Shown: piece by piece, positions 1-9,649 of the stretch | Position numbering within the stretch: position 1 is the first letter of the stretch | Layout of the letters: each line of letters starts with the position of its first letter | From: an uncultured Candidatus Actinomarina sp. | Lineage (GTDB): Bacteria; Actinomycetota; Acidimicrobiia; Actinomarinales; Actinomarinaceae | Length of the DNA stretch: 64,000 nt | Direction: 5' to 3' | Assembly: GCA_902526825.1 (NCBI GenBank) | Contig: CABZMN010000005.1 | Span: 5,032-69,031 of the forward strand | Program-made: the position numbers and the translations under genes | Notes under the pieces: generated by a model | Told to the model about the DNA's origin: nothing | Seen by the model: only the letters and a program-made list of their open reading frames with translations | Databases searched by the model: none

Positions 1-13
1 ATAATTACTTATT

Positions 14-271
14 ATGAATCACAAAAAAGCAACAAGATTTATAGTTGTTCTTGGTATAGTTTGTGTAATTTCTTTGTCATTAATGACAACTCTATTTTCA
101 GATTTAGCATACGATCTTTTTGATATCTATCCAGGTACACAAGTTGGTGAAATGAATATTGTATTTTACTCAAATGTTATTTACATATTTCTTGGTATAT
201 TGGGTTTTTCATCTTTTGTTTTCTACGGGTTTCTACATAATTCTTACCTAAAATTATTTTTCCAGATCTAA
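14..271 (+). CDS. hypothetical small membrane protein
   Basis: 85-aa ATG ORF with two long hydrophobic stretches (IVVLGIVCVISLSLM; IYIFLGILGFSSFVFYGF). Its 3' end overlaps convergent ORF 177..587 by 95 nt, so one of the two is doubtful. Confidence 0.3.
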   Translation: MNHKKATRFIVVLGIVCVISLSLMTTLFSDLAYDLFDIYPGTQVGEMNIVFYSNVIYIFLGILGFSSFVFYGFLHNSYLKLFFQI

Positions 272-587
272 TAAGAACGGCTTGGCATGAACCTTCTTTC
301 GAAGTTAAAAAATAAAGACTGATGTTTGAACCATAAGTTTTAAGAACCATTACATGAGGTGGACCGAGAGGTAGAGATATTGGTATTTTTCTGTTTAGCT
401 GATTCGCTAGTGACATTTCGTCAGCTTTGGCAGTTCCAAAGGCTTCAGTTTCGGTAATCATAATTTCAGTAAATTTATTTTTATACTTTGTTGATATCCT
501 CATACCTAAAATATCAACAGCAGCTTTTTGTGAGTTTTGTGAAAGAATTTGATAAACTCTATTGTTTAATCCTAAATTATCAGTCAT
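177..587 (-). CDS. hypothetical protein downstream of pheT
   Basis: 136-aa ORF whose ATG overlaps the pheT stop by 8 nt, the same coupling pattern used along this array. No motif recognised. The last ~30 aa overlap ORF 14..271. Confidence 0.4.
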   Translation of the reverse strand: MTDNLGLNNRVYQILSQNSQKAAVDILGMRISTKYKNKFTEIMITETEAFGTAKADEMSLANQLNRKIPISLPLGPPHVMVLKTYGSNISLYFLTSKEGSCQAVLIRSGKIILGKNYVETRRKQKMKNPIYQEICK

Positions 588-2946
588 TTTTACTTGAGTT
601 GAGTTTTATGTTAAATTTAGACTCCAAAGATTGTGATATATTCATTAGTATCTCTCTTGTTTCATTATCATCGTAAGTTTTGTCATAGCTTCTTGTAATT
701 ATTCTAATTCCTAAATTTCTTGAATTCTCTTGTTGAAAATCATCAAAAATTTCGATTGAATTTTCATTGTCTTTAAGTAAGTCATTAATTTCATCAACTA
801 GAAGATTTGCAGATAAATCAATTGGTACAGAAAAAGACAAATCAAATTTTACAAATGGATATTGAGAAAGTGGCACATAATTAATTTCTTTAAGGTTATT
901 TAAATTTAGTTTATTAATATAAATCTCACCCAAATATATTTCATTATTAAATTCGAGTGTCATTTGTGTTTCTGTAGCAAGTTGTCCAAAATGTCCGATA
1001 ATTTGACCACTTTTAAGAATCGCAAATGAATAATTTTGATGAAATCCAGGTTTTGTAATCGGTTCTAGATCATATGAGCTTAATAATTGAGTTAATATAT
1101 TTTTTACATAGTAAAGATCTAATTCTTGATCATTTAATCTAGTATCCGTATTTGATAAGGTAGAAGATGTCAGGAATCCTAAAACAATATTTTGATTAGG
1201 TACATCCTCATAGATTTTATTTTTAGAGGTATCAAAAATAGTATTTATTTCAAAATAACTATTTGATAAATTATTTTGTTCGTAATTTAATTTGTATACA
1301 TCTATCAAACTAGACATTAGGTTTGATCTCATAAATCTACTTGATTGATCGATTGCATTAAATACCTGAACATATTTTTTTTCCGGATTGAATAAAAAAT
1401 TCTTGTCTTTATTTACAAAGCTTAATGTTTGGACTTCTTGAAAATTGTTGGAAGTTAGAACACTTGATAAGTAACTCTTAAGATCCCAATAACTTCCTTT
1501 ATTATTTTTGTGAACTCCCTGAGGTAGAGTTGATTCAAAATTATTAAAACCATAATGTTTTGCTAATTCTTCTATAAGGTCCACTGGTCTATCTAGATCA
1601 TATCGCCATGAGGGTGGTGTGAATTTCACACTCTCTTTGTTAACTTCAGATTCGATCATTAAAAATTTTAGAACTTTCTTAATAAATGATTCTTTTAAAT
1701 CAATACCAAGCAGTTTTTTTATTTCAGAATATTCAAGAATTACCTTCTTGTTTTTCAAGTTGCCTTTATCATCTACATTTATTTCTGAATAATTAATAGC
1801 TTGATTATCTTTTAATTCCATTAAAAAACGTTCTAAGCCATATCTTTGAATTTTATAATCAATACCTCTTTCAAACCGTATGGATGCGTCAGATATCAAA
1901 TTCAATTTCCTTGAAGTTTTCATAATGGATACTTTGTCAAAATAAGCACTTTCAATAAGAAGATTTGTGGTGGTCTCTGATACTTCTGTTTCTAATCCCC
2001 CCATTACTCCGGCTAAAGCAATTGGCTTATCATCATCAGTAATAACAAGATCATTTGAATCTAATTTTCTCACTTGTGAGTCAAGTGTTGTAATTTGTTC
2101 GTTATTTTTAGCTTTTCTTACAGATATTTTTCCAAATAATTTATCTCTATCAAAAGCATGTAATGGTTGACCGATGTCATATAAAATGTAATTGGTTATG
2201 TCGACCACATTATTAATAATCCTTGTTCCAACCTGTGTGAGCCTGTATCTCATTTCAAAAGAAGAGTTAGTTACATTAAAGTTTTCTATTTCTACTGAAC
2301 CATAAGAGTTACATTCTTTAATTTTTCCACTGCCTGCATTCAAAATATTTGCAATCGTTGGTTTCAGATTTGATTTTTTGTGTTTTAGTTTTTTATTGAA
2401 ATATTTCGAAAGTTCCCTTGCAATACCTAAATAAGACATACAGTCTCCTCTATTTGGTGTAACACCAACTTCCCATATGAAATCATTACTTGAATAGATT
2501 GTAGAAAAATCAGTTCCTGGAAGTAGCTTGTCATCCAATAAAAGTATTCCATCATGGTCATCCCAAAGATCAAGTTCTGCAGCTGAACAAATCATTCCAT
2601 TTGATTGAATTCCCCTAATGTCACGTTTGTCGATTTTAAAATTATCTTTTATCTTTGAATTTGGTAACGCAACGGGAACGACTGCTCCTACGTCAAAATT
2701 CCAAGCTCCACAAACAATTTCATAAATATTATTACCAACATCAGTTTTTGTAATACGAACTTTGTCAGCATTAGGATGTTCATATACCTCAAGTACTTTA
2801 CCTACAACGATGTTTTCATAATTAGGGTTTAGTTCCTTTTTGTTTTCTATTTCAAAACCTAAACTTTCTAAAGCCTCAGAAATTTCAGAATTAGATATAT
2901 TTTCAATATCTAACCAATCGTTAAGCCAAGATTTCAATATCTTCAT
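580..2946 (-). CDS. pheT: phenylalanine--tRNA ligase beta subunit
   Basis: 788 aa. N-terminal OB/tRNA-binding domain (VVGKVLEVYEHPNADKVRITKTDVG), then B3/4 and B5 regions and a C-terminal ferredoxin-fold domain. Start shares 1 nt with the pheS stop. Confidence 0.95.
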   Translation of the reverse strand: MKILKSWLNDWLDIENISNSEISEALESLGFEIENKKELNPNYENIVVGKVLEVYEHPNADKVRITKTDVGNNIYEIVCGAWNFDVGAVVPVALPNSKIKDNFKIDKRDIRGIQSNGMICSAAELDLWDDHDGILLLDDKLLPGTDFSTIYSSNDFIWEVGVTPNRGDCMSYLGIARELSKYFNKKLKHKKSNLKPTIANILNAGSGKIKECNSYGSVEIENFNVTNSSFEMRYRLTQVGTRIINNVVDITNYILYDIGQPLHAFDRDKLFGKISVRKAKNNEQITTLDSQVRKLDSNDLVITDDDKPIALAGVMGGLETEVSETTTNLLIESAYFDKVSIMKTSRKLNLISDASIRFERGIDYKIQRYGLERFLMELKDNQAINYSEINVDDKGNLKNKKVILEYSEIKKLLGIDLKESFIKKVLKFLMIESEVNKESVKFTPPSWRYDLDRPVDLIEELAKHYGFNNFESTLPQGVHKNNKGSYWDLKSYLSSVLTSNNFQEVQTLSFVNKDKNFLFNPEKKYVQVFNAIDQSSRFMRSNLMSSLIDVYKLNYEQNNLSNSYFEINTIFDTSKNKIYEDVPNQNIVLGFLTSSTLSNTDTRLNDQELDLYYVKNILTQLLSSYDLEPITKPGFHQNYSFAILKSGQIIGHFGQLATETQMTLEFNNEIYLGEIYINKLNLNNLKEINYVPLSQYPFVKFDLSFSVPIDLSANLLVDEINDLLKDNENSIEIFDDFQQENSRNLGIRIITRSYDKTYDDNETREILMNISQSLESKFNIKLNSSKND

Positions 2947-3938
2947 TAAAACTGCCTTAAAAACCTTAAATCATTTTCATAAAAGTTTTTTATATGATCA
3001 ATACCATATCTAATCATTGCTAATCTTTCAACCCCTACACCAAACGCGAATCCCTGGGAATCTGTGTCATACCCAACATGTTTGAAAACGTTAGGATCTA
3101 CCATTCCACATCCCAGAATTTCAAGCCATTCTCCATCTTTCCAACTAACTAAAACTTCAGCTGATGGTTCAGTGAATGGAAAAAAATGAGGAATAAACTT
3201 TGTCTTTAGGTCTTTTCCAAAAAATTCTTTAACAAAATACTCCAATGTTCCTTTTAAATCAGAAAACGTTAAGTTTTCATCTACTGCTAAACCTTCAATC
3301 TGATGAAAAATCGGTGAGTGAGTAGCATCAAGTTGGTCTGATCTGTAAACTCTCCCTGGAGCAACAATATAAACAGGCGGTTCATTGTTTTGCATATGCC
3401 TTACTTGAACAGTACTTGTTTGTGTCCTTAGTAATTTTTCAAGTTTGTTGTCTAAATATAATGTATCTGATTCATATCTTGCAGGATGCCAGTCTGGTGT
3501 ATTTAATGCATCAAAATTATGCCAGGATGTTTCTGCTTCAGGTCCAGTTGAAACTGTATATCCAATAGCTGCAAAAATATCAACTACTTCATTCATTACA
3601 TTTGTTAAAACATGATTTTTGTTACCTAAGTTTTTATACCAATCTATGGAAATATCATTATTATCATTTAATTCTCTTTGAATAAAAAATTTAGATTTGA
3701 ATTTAGTCTTCTCTTCATCTAATTTATAGGTGATATTATTTGAAAGATCTTGAAGCAATTTTCCATATTTTTTTCTAGATACTTCATTTAATGAAGATAA
3801 TGATTTTCTTTCTTCTGACAATAAGGAATTTTTACCAAGGAATTCTTTCTCAATGTCATCGAAATCTTCGATTAGAGCAACTTCTTCAAGTCTTAATAAA
3901 AAAGCGGCAAATATTTTATCGGTATTAACCTCAGGCAT
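2946..3938 (-). CDS. pheS: phenylalanine--tRNA ligase alpha subunit
   Basis: 330 aa with class II aaRS core strings RVYRSDQLDATHSPIFHQIEG, FFPFTEPSAEV and GFAFGVGVERLAMI. Confidence 0.95.
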   Translation of the reverse strand: MPEVNTDKIFAAFLLRLEEVALIEDFDDIEKEFLGKNSLLSEERKSLSSLNEVSRKKYGKLLQDLSNNITYKLDEEKTKFKSKFFIQRELNDNNDISIDWYKNLGNKNHVLTNVMNEVVDIFAAIGYTVSTGPEAETSWHNFDALNTPDWHPARYESDTLYLDNKLEKLLRTQTSTVQVRHMQNNEPPVYIVAPGRVYRSDQLDATHSPIFHQIEGLAVDENLTFSDLKGTLEYFVKEFFGKDLKTKFIPHFFPFTEPSAEVLVSWKDGEWLEILGCGMVDPNVFKHVGYDTDSQGFAFGVGVERLAMIRYGIDHIKNFYENDLRFLRQF

Positions 3939-4290
3939 TTATATTTTTTTTAGCTAAATCTACAAGTTTTTTAAATCCATCAGGATCATTGATAGCTAAA
4001 TCAGCCAATATTTTTCTATCAACTTTGACTTGAGCGTTTGTTAGACCGTTAATAAATTTTGAATATGACAAACCATGTTGTCTTGATGCTGCATTAATTC
4101 TAGAAATCCATATTTTTCTATATGTTGCTTTCTTGTCTTTACGATGAGCAAAGGCGTCATTACCTGCATGCATCACTTGTTCTTTAGCTGTCCTTAAACG
4201 TTTGCTTCTAGCTCCTGTGTAACCTTTAGCTTGTTTAAGAATCTTTTTTCTTGATTTTCTACTACTTACTGACCTTCTTACTCTTACCAT
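3931..4290 (-). CDS. rplT: 50S ribosomal protein bL20
   Basis: 119 aa. N-terminus MVRVRRSVSSRKSRKKILKQAKGYTGARS is typical of bL20. Lies in the infC-rpmI-rplT order. Confidence 0.95.
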   Translation of the reverse strand: MVRVRRSVSSRKSRKKILKQAKGYTGARSKRLRTAKEQVMHAGNDAFAHRKDKKATYRKIWISRINAASRQHGLSYSKFINGLTNAQVKVDRKILADLAINDPDGFKKLVDLAKKNINA

Positions 4291-4479
4291 TTAACTCAAC
4301 AACTTTCTTATTTTTTTTGAATCACCCTTAGAAGATTCAACATCTCTTTTTAGTCTTGACCAAGAGTTGCTACCTTTAGCCAATTTATAATGTGATCTAT
4401 GAGCACGCCTTCGCATAAATTTTCCAGTACCACTAACTCTTATTCTTTTTTTCATTCCTTTATGAGTTTTATGTTTCAT
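4291..4479 (-). CDS. rpmI: 50S ribosomal protein bL35
   Basis: 62 aa, highly basic, with MKHKTHKGMKKRIRVSGTGK. Lies between infC and rplT. Confidence 0.9.
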   Translation of the reverse strand: MKHKTHKGMKKRIRVSGTGKFMRRRAHRSHYKLAKGSNSWSRLKRDVESSKGDSKKIRKLLS

Positions 4480-5006
4480 TTTTTACCTCCGTTAGGCGCT
4501 AGTACCATTGTCAATGATCTACCATCTGGTCTAGAAGTAGACTCTACCATTGCTAAATCAACAAGTTCATCTCTAAAATTATCTAAGATTTTTTGTCCTA
4601 ATTCAGGATATTCAGCTTCCCTACCTCTAAATCTCATAGTAAATTTCACTTTATCTCCATCTTCTAAAAACTTTTTTGATTGATTTAATTTAATTTTGTA
4701 ATCGTGTGTATCAATCTTTGGTTTCAGTTGTATTTCCTTTACATTAATTTTTACTTGTTTTTTTCTTGACTCTCTTGCTTTTTGATTAAGCTCATATTTA
4801 TATTTACCATAATCCATTAATCGCGCAACAGGTGGCTTACTTTCCGGAGAGACTTCAACAAGATCAAGTTCAAGTTCTTCAGCTAATATTAGGGCTTTTT
4901 TAAGTTCTAATTCTCCAACTTGAACACCATCTGGCGCAATTACCAATAGTTTCTTCGATTTTATCTCTTCGTTCACATTTAATTCTGCTATTTGGTTCCC
5001 TTTCAT
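4476..5006 (-). CDS. infC: translation initiation factor IF-3
   Basis: 176 aa. IF-3 N-domain (NVNEEIKSKKLLVIAPDGVQVG), Lys-rich linker and C-domain (VKEIQLKPKIDTHDYKIK...VKFTMRFRGRE). ATG start with no Shine-Dalgarno sequence. Confidence 0.92.
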   Translation of the reverse strand: MKGNQIAELNVNEEIKSKKLLVIAPDGVQVGELELKKALILAEELELDLVEVSPESKPPVARLMDYGKYKYELNQKARESRKKQVKINVKEIQLKPKIDTHDYKIKLNQSKKFLEDGDKVKFTMRFRGREAEYPELGQKILDNFRDELVDLAMVESTSRPDGRSLTMVLAPNGGKK

Positions 5007-5032
5007 AAAAAAAACAGCACGAAGCTGTTTTT
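5007..5032 (-). terminator. terminator-like hairpin between ribH and infC
   Basis: Minus strand reads AAAAACAGC-uucgu-GCUGUUUUUUUU. The 9-bp stem (4 G:C pairs plus A:U extension) is followed by a U8 tract that runs directly into the infC ATG. Confidence 0.45.
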
Positions 5033-5103
5033 ACTTACCATACTATTTTTCACAGCAGGTGGAACATCGTTCGCTTAGGATTAATTATATAACTTAATTT
5101 TTA

Positions 5104-5502
5104 TTATGTAACGAAAAGATTATTTAAAGCTAATGCAGATTCAGAACCCTTATTATTTTCAGACCCAGCTCTTTCAGTTGCTTGTTCAATATCAAGTACG
5201 TTTAAGATACAGTTTGAAATATATACATTTTTTATTGTTGTTAGATTTAATAATTGATTAGCAATACTTGAAGATAAAAATTCATAATGATCTGTTTCAC
5301 CTTTAACAATGACTCCAATAGCTACAAACTTATCGTATTCGTCTATAAGTGAATTAATTTTGTATATAATTTCCCAGCTACCATTTACCTTATACTCATC
5401 ACATTCAAAAGTTGTATCAATTGAATCATTGAATCCATCTAATAAACCATTAGTGACATCTTTGTAATAATCTGAATAAACTATTGCTACTTTATTCTTC
5501 AT
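5104..5502 (-). CDS. ribH: 6,7-dimethyl-8-ribityllumazine synthase
   Basis: Strings VAIVYSDYY...VAIGVIVKGETDHYEFLSS...IEQATERAGSENNKGSESALA match the lumazine synthase pattern. I start at MKNKVAIV (5502). The track ORF extends to 5538, inside ribBA. Confidence 0.85.
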   Translation of the reverse strand: MKNKVAIVYSDYYKDVTNGLLDGFNDSIDTTFECDEYKVNGSWEIIYKINSLIDEYDKFVAIGVIVKGETDHYEFLSSSIANQLLNLTTIKNVYISNCILNVLDIEQATERAGSENNKGSESALALNNLFVT

Positions 5503-6694
5503 TAAAATTATGACCCATCTTGTTTTCTTTTGTCTCAAGATATGAAGTATTCTCTGGTGTTGTTTTTCCCTTAATTGGTGTTCTTTTTACAATATTTAAA
5601 CCAAAACCTTCCAAACCTGCTCTTTTGCTTGGATTATTTGAGAGTAAATTCATATTCGTAATTCCTAAATCTCTAAGTATCAGGGCACCAGTTCCATAAT
5701 CTCTTTGATCCATTTCAAAACCAAGTTGTATGTTTGCTTCAACCGTATCTGCACCTTCATCTTGTAATGAGTATGCTTTAATCTTATTTCCTAAACCTAT
5801 TCCCCTTCCTTCATGTCCTCTCATGTACAATAGAACACCGGAACCATTATTTACAATAGTTTCTAATGCACTATCTAACTGGTATCCACAATCACATTTA
5901 TTTGAACTAAATACATCACCTGTTAAACACTCTGAGTGCACTCTTACCATTGAAGAGTCACCTTCTAAGTAATTTTCATAAGTCAGTGCTATATGCTCAG
6001 TATTATCATTATTGTCTTTGTAAACATGCGCAGTAAATTCACCAAATTCTGTAGGCACTTTTGCTTTAGATACAAAAGATACAGGATTTGTTAATTTCAA
6101 CTTGTACTCGATTAAGTCTTTTATTGTTCCAATAGCTACGTCGTGTTTTTTCGAAAAATTTACTAGATCGTCAATGCGTGCCATTGAACCATCATCATTT
6201 ATAATTTCACAAATAACAGCTACCGGATAATGATCTGCGAGTAAACATAAGTCTACAGCTGCTTCAGTATGACCAGCACGTCTTAATACTCCTCCATCCA
6301 TTGCCTGCAAAGGGAAGACGTGACCTGGAACTTTAAAATCTTGTCTGGTAGCATTTGGATCGCTAAGGCCTTTTATTGTTTTAAATCTATCATCTGCTGA
6401 AATTCCTGTTGAAACCCCATCTCCCATTAGATCAACTGAAGTTGTAAATTGTGTATCTTCTTCATTATCAATACCCTGCATTAATGAAAGTTTTAACTTC
6501 GTTGCTACATCTTTTGCGATTGGTGCACACACAAGACCTTTTGCATAAGTTATCATAAAGTTAATGTGTTCAGGTGTTAAGTACTGTGAAGAAACAATTA
6601 AATCACCCTCATTCTCTCTGTCTTCATCGTCAACGAGAATGACCATCTCACCTTTTTTAAATTTTTCTATAATAACTTCTATGTCACTTATCAT
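5492..6694 (-). CDS. ribBA: bifunctional 3,4-dihydroxy-2-butanone-4-phosphate synthase / GTP cyclohydrolase II
   Basis: 400 aa. DHBP synthase motifs (DDEDRENEGDLI, HTEAAVDL) are followed by GCH II motifs (RVHSECLTGDVF, CDCGYQL, GRGIGL). Confidence 0.93.
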   Translation of the reverse strand: MISDIEVIIEKFKKGEMVILVDDEDRENEGDLIVSSQYLTPEHINFMITYAKGLVCAPIAKDVATKLKLSLMQGIDNEEDTQFTTSVDLMGDGVSTGISADDRFKTIKGLSDPNATRQDFKVPGHVFPLQAMDGGVLRRAGHTEAAVDLCLLADHYPVAVICEIINDDGSMARIDDLVNFSKKHDVAIGTIKDLIEYKLKLTNPVSFVSKAKVPTEFGEFTAHVYKDNNDNTEHIALTYENYLEGDSSMVRVHSECLTGDVFSSNKCDCGYQLDSALETIVNNGSGVLLYMRGHEGRGIGLGNKIKAYSLQDEGADTVEANIQLGFEMDQRDYGTGALILRDLGITNMNLLSNNPSKRAGLEGFGLNIVKRTPIKGKTTPENTSYLETKENKMGHNFNEE

Positions 6695-7262
6695 TTATCA
6701 TTCTTTCCATATATTTAGCAAGTATGTCATATTCAATGTTAACTATCGATCCGGTTTTAAGGTACTTTAAATTTGTCCTTTGATATGTCTCGTTTATAAC
6801 TGCTACACTAAATTCGTTTTTATTGGGATTAACAATAGTTAAAGATATTCCATTTATAGTTACAGAACCTTTATCAACTATATATCTTGTATCCGTATTT
6901 TTAAAATGATACGTCCAAAGATTATTATCGTTTTCAACAATGTTTGTTACAACAGATGTATTATCAACATGGCCTTGTACTATATGTCCACTTAAGAAAG
7001 TAGTTAAAGTAGCAGGAAGTTCTAAATTTGTTTTAACATCCTTTTTATATTCTTTAGCCACAGTTCTACTGAATGTTTCTTCAGATACTTGGAAATTTAA
7101 GAAATTATTATTGTAATCTCTTAATGTAAGACACGTGCCATCTACGGAAATACTTGTACCTGATTCCAATCCATGATATGAATCATTATCGGTACTTATT
7201 TGTATTTCATCAATATTTCTTGATTCAATATTTCCAATCGAATTAATAATTCCAGTAAACAT
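6684..7262 (-). CDS. ribE: riboflavin synthase alpha chain
   Basis: 192 aa. MFTGIINSIGNI N-terminus and duplicated lumazine-binding repeats (SVDGTCLT / TINGISLT). Confidence 0.9.
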   Translation of the reverse strand: MFTGIINSIGNIESRNIDEIQISTDNDSYHGLESGTSISVDGTCLTLRDYNNNFLNFQVSEETFSRTVAKEYKKDVKTNLELPATLTTFLSGHIVQGHVDNTSVVTNIVENDNNLWTYHFKNTDTRYIVDKGSVTINGISLTIVNPNKNEFSVAVINETYQRTNLKYLKTGSIVNIEYDILAKYMERMINDK

Positions 7263-8245
7263 TACTTATTAGTATAAGTAGTTAATAGATTATCAATAAT
7301 GGGATATTCTTGAATAGAATTAAAGTTATTATTGATATATTCCTCAATTGTTTTATCAATTTTTAATCCACTTTCAAGGGTGTCTGATGACTTGAAATAA
7401 TAAAATTCATCAATCATATCTTCATTTAAAAAATAAGACAAAATAGAATTACCACCTTCAACTAATCCACTTTTTATAGAATGTCTCTCTAAAAAGCTAC
7501 TAAATGAATCTTCGTCATTCTCAACATAAAATATAAAATTATTAAATGAACTAGAATATTTTTTAAGCTCTTTAGTGTCATTTCCCCACAAAACAACTGG
7601 TTGAGGATTTTTATATTCATAATCTAGACGTACATTCAACTTTGGTTTGTCAATTTTTAATGTATTTTTTCCAATTATGACGGAATCAACGGTTGCTCTT
7701 AGATAATGAGTAATTTCTAATGAATTTTTATTGGTAATATACTTCTTTTTTTCATTGTATATAATATGATCTCCTGAAGTGGCTACTTTACCAATGAGAT
7801 ATGGTTTATCATTATTGATTTTGTATCCAGGATTTAAAAAATCATTTACACCATTTTCAATAGATACATTTAAATTTTTGTTCTTTAAAAGTTCGATACC
7901 TTTACCATTGGTTCTTTCATCACGATCTATATCCCCAACAACTATATTTTGTACATTTGCTTCCAAAACAGCATTTGCGCAAGATGGTGAGGTATCATCA
8001 TGAAAACAAGGTTCTAATGTAACATACAAAGTATCATTTTCTAATATATCTGAATTTTTAAATAGATTATATTCAGCATGGTCCTTATTTTTTTCTTTAT
8101 GTGCAGTTATCTTTTTTATTTTATTATTTTTATCAACCAGCACAGCACCGACTCTTGGATTTGGAGATGGATCATATCTAAGTGCAAATTTAATTGCTTC
8201 AATCATATACTCAGAAAAATTGAGATATTTAAGGCTATTTAGCAA
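7262..8245 (-). CDS. ribD: riboflavin biosynthesis deaminase/reductase
   Basis: 327 aa. CMP/dCMP-type deaminase zinc motif (HAE...LEPCFHDDTSPSCANA) plus a C-terminal RibD reductase-like domain. Located in the rib cluster. Confidence 0.88.
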   Translation of the reverse strand: MLNSLKYLNFSEYMIEAIKFALRYDPSPNPRVGAVLVDKNNKIKKITAHKEKNKDHAEYNLFKNSDILENDTLYVTLEPCFHDDTSPSCANAVLEANVQNIVVGDIDRDERTNGKGIELLKNKNLNVSIENGVNDFLNPGYKINNDKPYLIGKVATSGDHIIYNEKKKYITNKNSLEITHYLRATVDSVIIGKNTLKIDKPKLNVRLDYEYKNPQPVVLWGNDTKELKKYSSSFNNFIFYVENDEDSFSSFLERHSIKSGLVEGGNSILSYFLNEDMIDEFYYFKSSDTLESGLKIDKTIEEYINNNFNSIQEYPIIDNLLTTYTNK

Positions 8246-8825
8246 ATATAGCTCCTCCCTGAACAGCTATATCAACTTTTAAATCCCTCAAGGTTTGTAG
8301 TTCTTCATTTTTAACCCCTCCATCAACAATTAATAAATTAGTGTAGTTAGGGTAGGTATTCTTAAATTCAGTAATTCTATCTAATAAATTAACTGCTTTG
8401 CTTTGATTAGAGAATCCCGGATTTACTGTAAGCAACAATACGCTATGTGCATTATCAATATAATCAGATAAAACATTTATATCTGTACTCGGCAATATAC
8501 CTATTCCAACATTATTGTATTTGTTTACTAGTGAACTAAATAATTCAGGTGGTGTTGTTTCACAATGTACCGTTACTATATCTGAGCCAAATTCAAACGC
8601 TTTGCTAGTAAATAACTCGTTGTTATTTAACATCAAATGTGTATCTACAACATATTCTGTGTTAGTTTTGATGTACTTAATAATTGCTACTGGTAGTGAA
8701 ATATTATCTGTGAAATTACCGTCTGTAATATCTACATGTAATTGATCAAAACTATCTTTGTAGTTTTCTAATTCATCAAGAAGATTATATATATTAGATG
8801 CTTGAATACTTGCTGATATTTTCAT
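8235..8825 (-). CDS. rpe: ribulose-phosphate 3-epimerase
   Basis: 196 aa. Strings LHVDITDGNFTDN, VDTHLM and VNPGFSNQ match the rpe TIM-barrel pattern. The fmt-rpe-ribD order is as in Actinobacteria. Confidence 0.8.
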   Translation of the reverse strand: MKISASIQASNIYNLLDELENYKDSFDQLHVDITDGNFTDNISLPVAIIKYIKTNTEYVVDTHLMLNNNELFTSKAFEFGSDIVTVHCETTPPELFSSLVNKYNNVGIGILPSTDINVLSDYIDNAHSVLLLTVNPGFSNQSKAVNLLDRITEFKNTYPNYTNLLIVDGGVKNEELQTLRDLKVDIAVQGGAIFAK

Positions 8826-9649
8826 TGAAGCCCCCGCATATAATCATTTGCTTTCATTCTTTTTTTCCCTTCAGGTGTTATTTCATCTAAATATAAAAGT
8901 CCATCTTTTAATTCATATGTAAAATTTGAATTATTTTCAGTATATTTATGGATTTTAATTATTTTTGAATCGTATTTTATAAAAGCAGGACCTAAAACAT
9001 CAAAAGCTTTTATTTTATTTTTTGCATTGATTAGTGAATCTTCTTTAGTTATTAAATAATCATTTTTGGTGAATTTATAACTTCTAGTTTCTTCACCGAC
9101 TTGATCTTTCAATGAAGAATTAAAATCGATGCTGTCAAAATTTATTTTAAAATCTTCAGATAATTCTTCATATACATTTGATGAATAATTGTTAACAATA
9201 TCAATTTTGTTTTTAAAAAGAATTGGACCTTTATCAACCTCATTAATGATTTTAAAAATCGTATATCCAAATAGTGTTTCTCCATTTAATATTGTAGTTT
9301 CAACTGGGGATGGACCGACTAGATTAGGTAATATACTTAAATGAATATTGAAAATTGAAGGATGTTTAATTAGAAAATCGTTTGAAAAAATAGATCCAAA
9401 ACTTACGCAGATACCATAATCCATATCATCATAATATTTTGAATTAGAAAAATAAGTATATTCAACATTATTACTTATGCAATAATCTTCAACTGGATTA
9501 TTTAAAATCTTCCTACCACGGCCAGTATTCCGTGGCTCTGTTGTAACGACTTTTATTGAATCGTAATTTTCTATTAAAGTATTTAAGTAAGGAATACTCC
9601 TATTGTCAGTACCAAAAAAATATTTATAAGTCATTTCCTGGAAACCCAT
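8822..9649 (-). CDS. fmt: methionyl-tRNA formyltransferase
   Basis: 275 aa. YFFGTD...VVTTEPRNTGRGRK...NIHLSILPNLVGPSPV matches the Fmt formyltransferase core. An alternative ATG at 9634 (MTYKYFFG) is equally possible. Confidence 0.8.
   Translation of the reverse strand: MGFQEMTYKYFFGTDNRSIPYLNTLIENYDSIKVVTTEPRNTGRGRKILNNPVEDYCISNNVEYTYFSNSKYYDDMDYGICVSFGSIFSNDFLIKHPSIFNIHLSILPNLVGPSPVETTILNGETLFGYTIFKIINEVDKGPILFKNKIDIVNNYSSNVYEELSEDFKINFDSIDFNSSLKDQVGEETRSYKFTKNDYLITKEDSLINAKNKIKAFDVLGPAFIKYDSKIIKIHKYTENNSNFTYELKDGLLYLDEITPEGKKRMKANDYMRGLQ

Noticed and set aside
14-587. A 95-nt convergent overlap of ORFs 14..271 and 177..587, considered as a possible genuine overlapping gene pair.
   Set aside because: It cannot be resolved from sequence alone. 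The overlap is much longer than the other convergent overlaps (8-14 nt), and neither protein has a recognisable motif. Both are reported as low-confidence CDS instead of as a finding.
8226-8260. An expected FMN riboswitch ahead of the rib genes, and likewise a glycine riboswitch ahead of gcvH at 48518..48523.
   Set aside because: ribD overlaps rpe by 11 nt, and gcvH starts 6 nt after the SDR stop. There is no leader space for either riboswitch.
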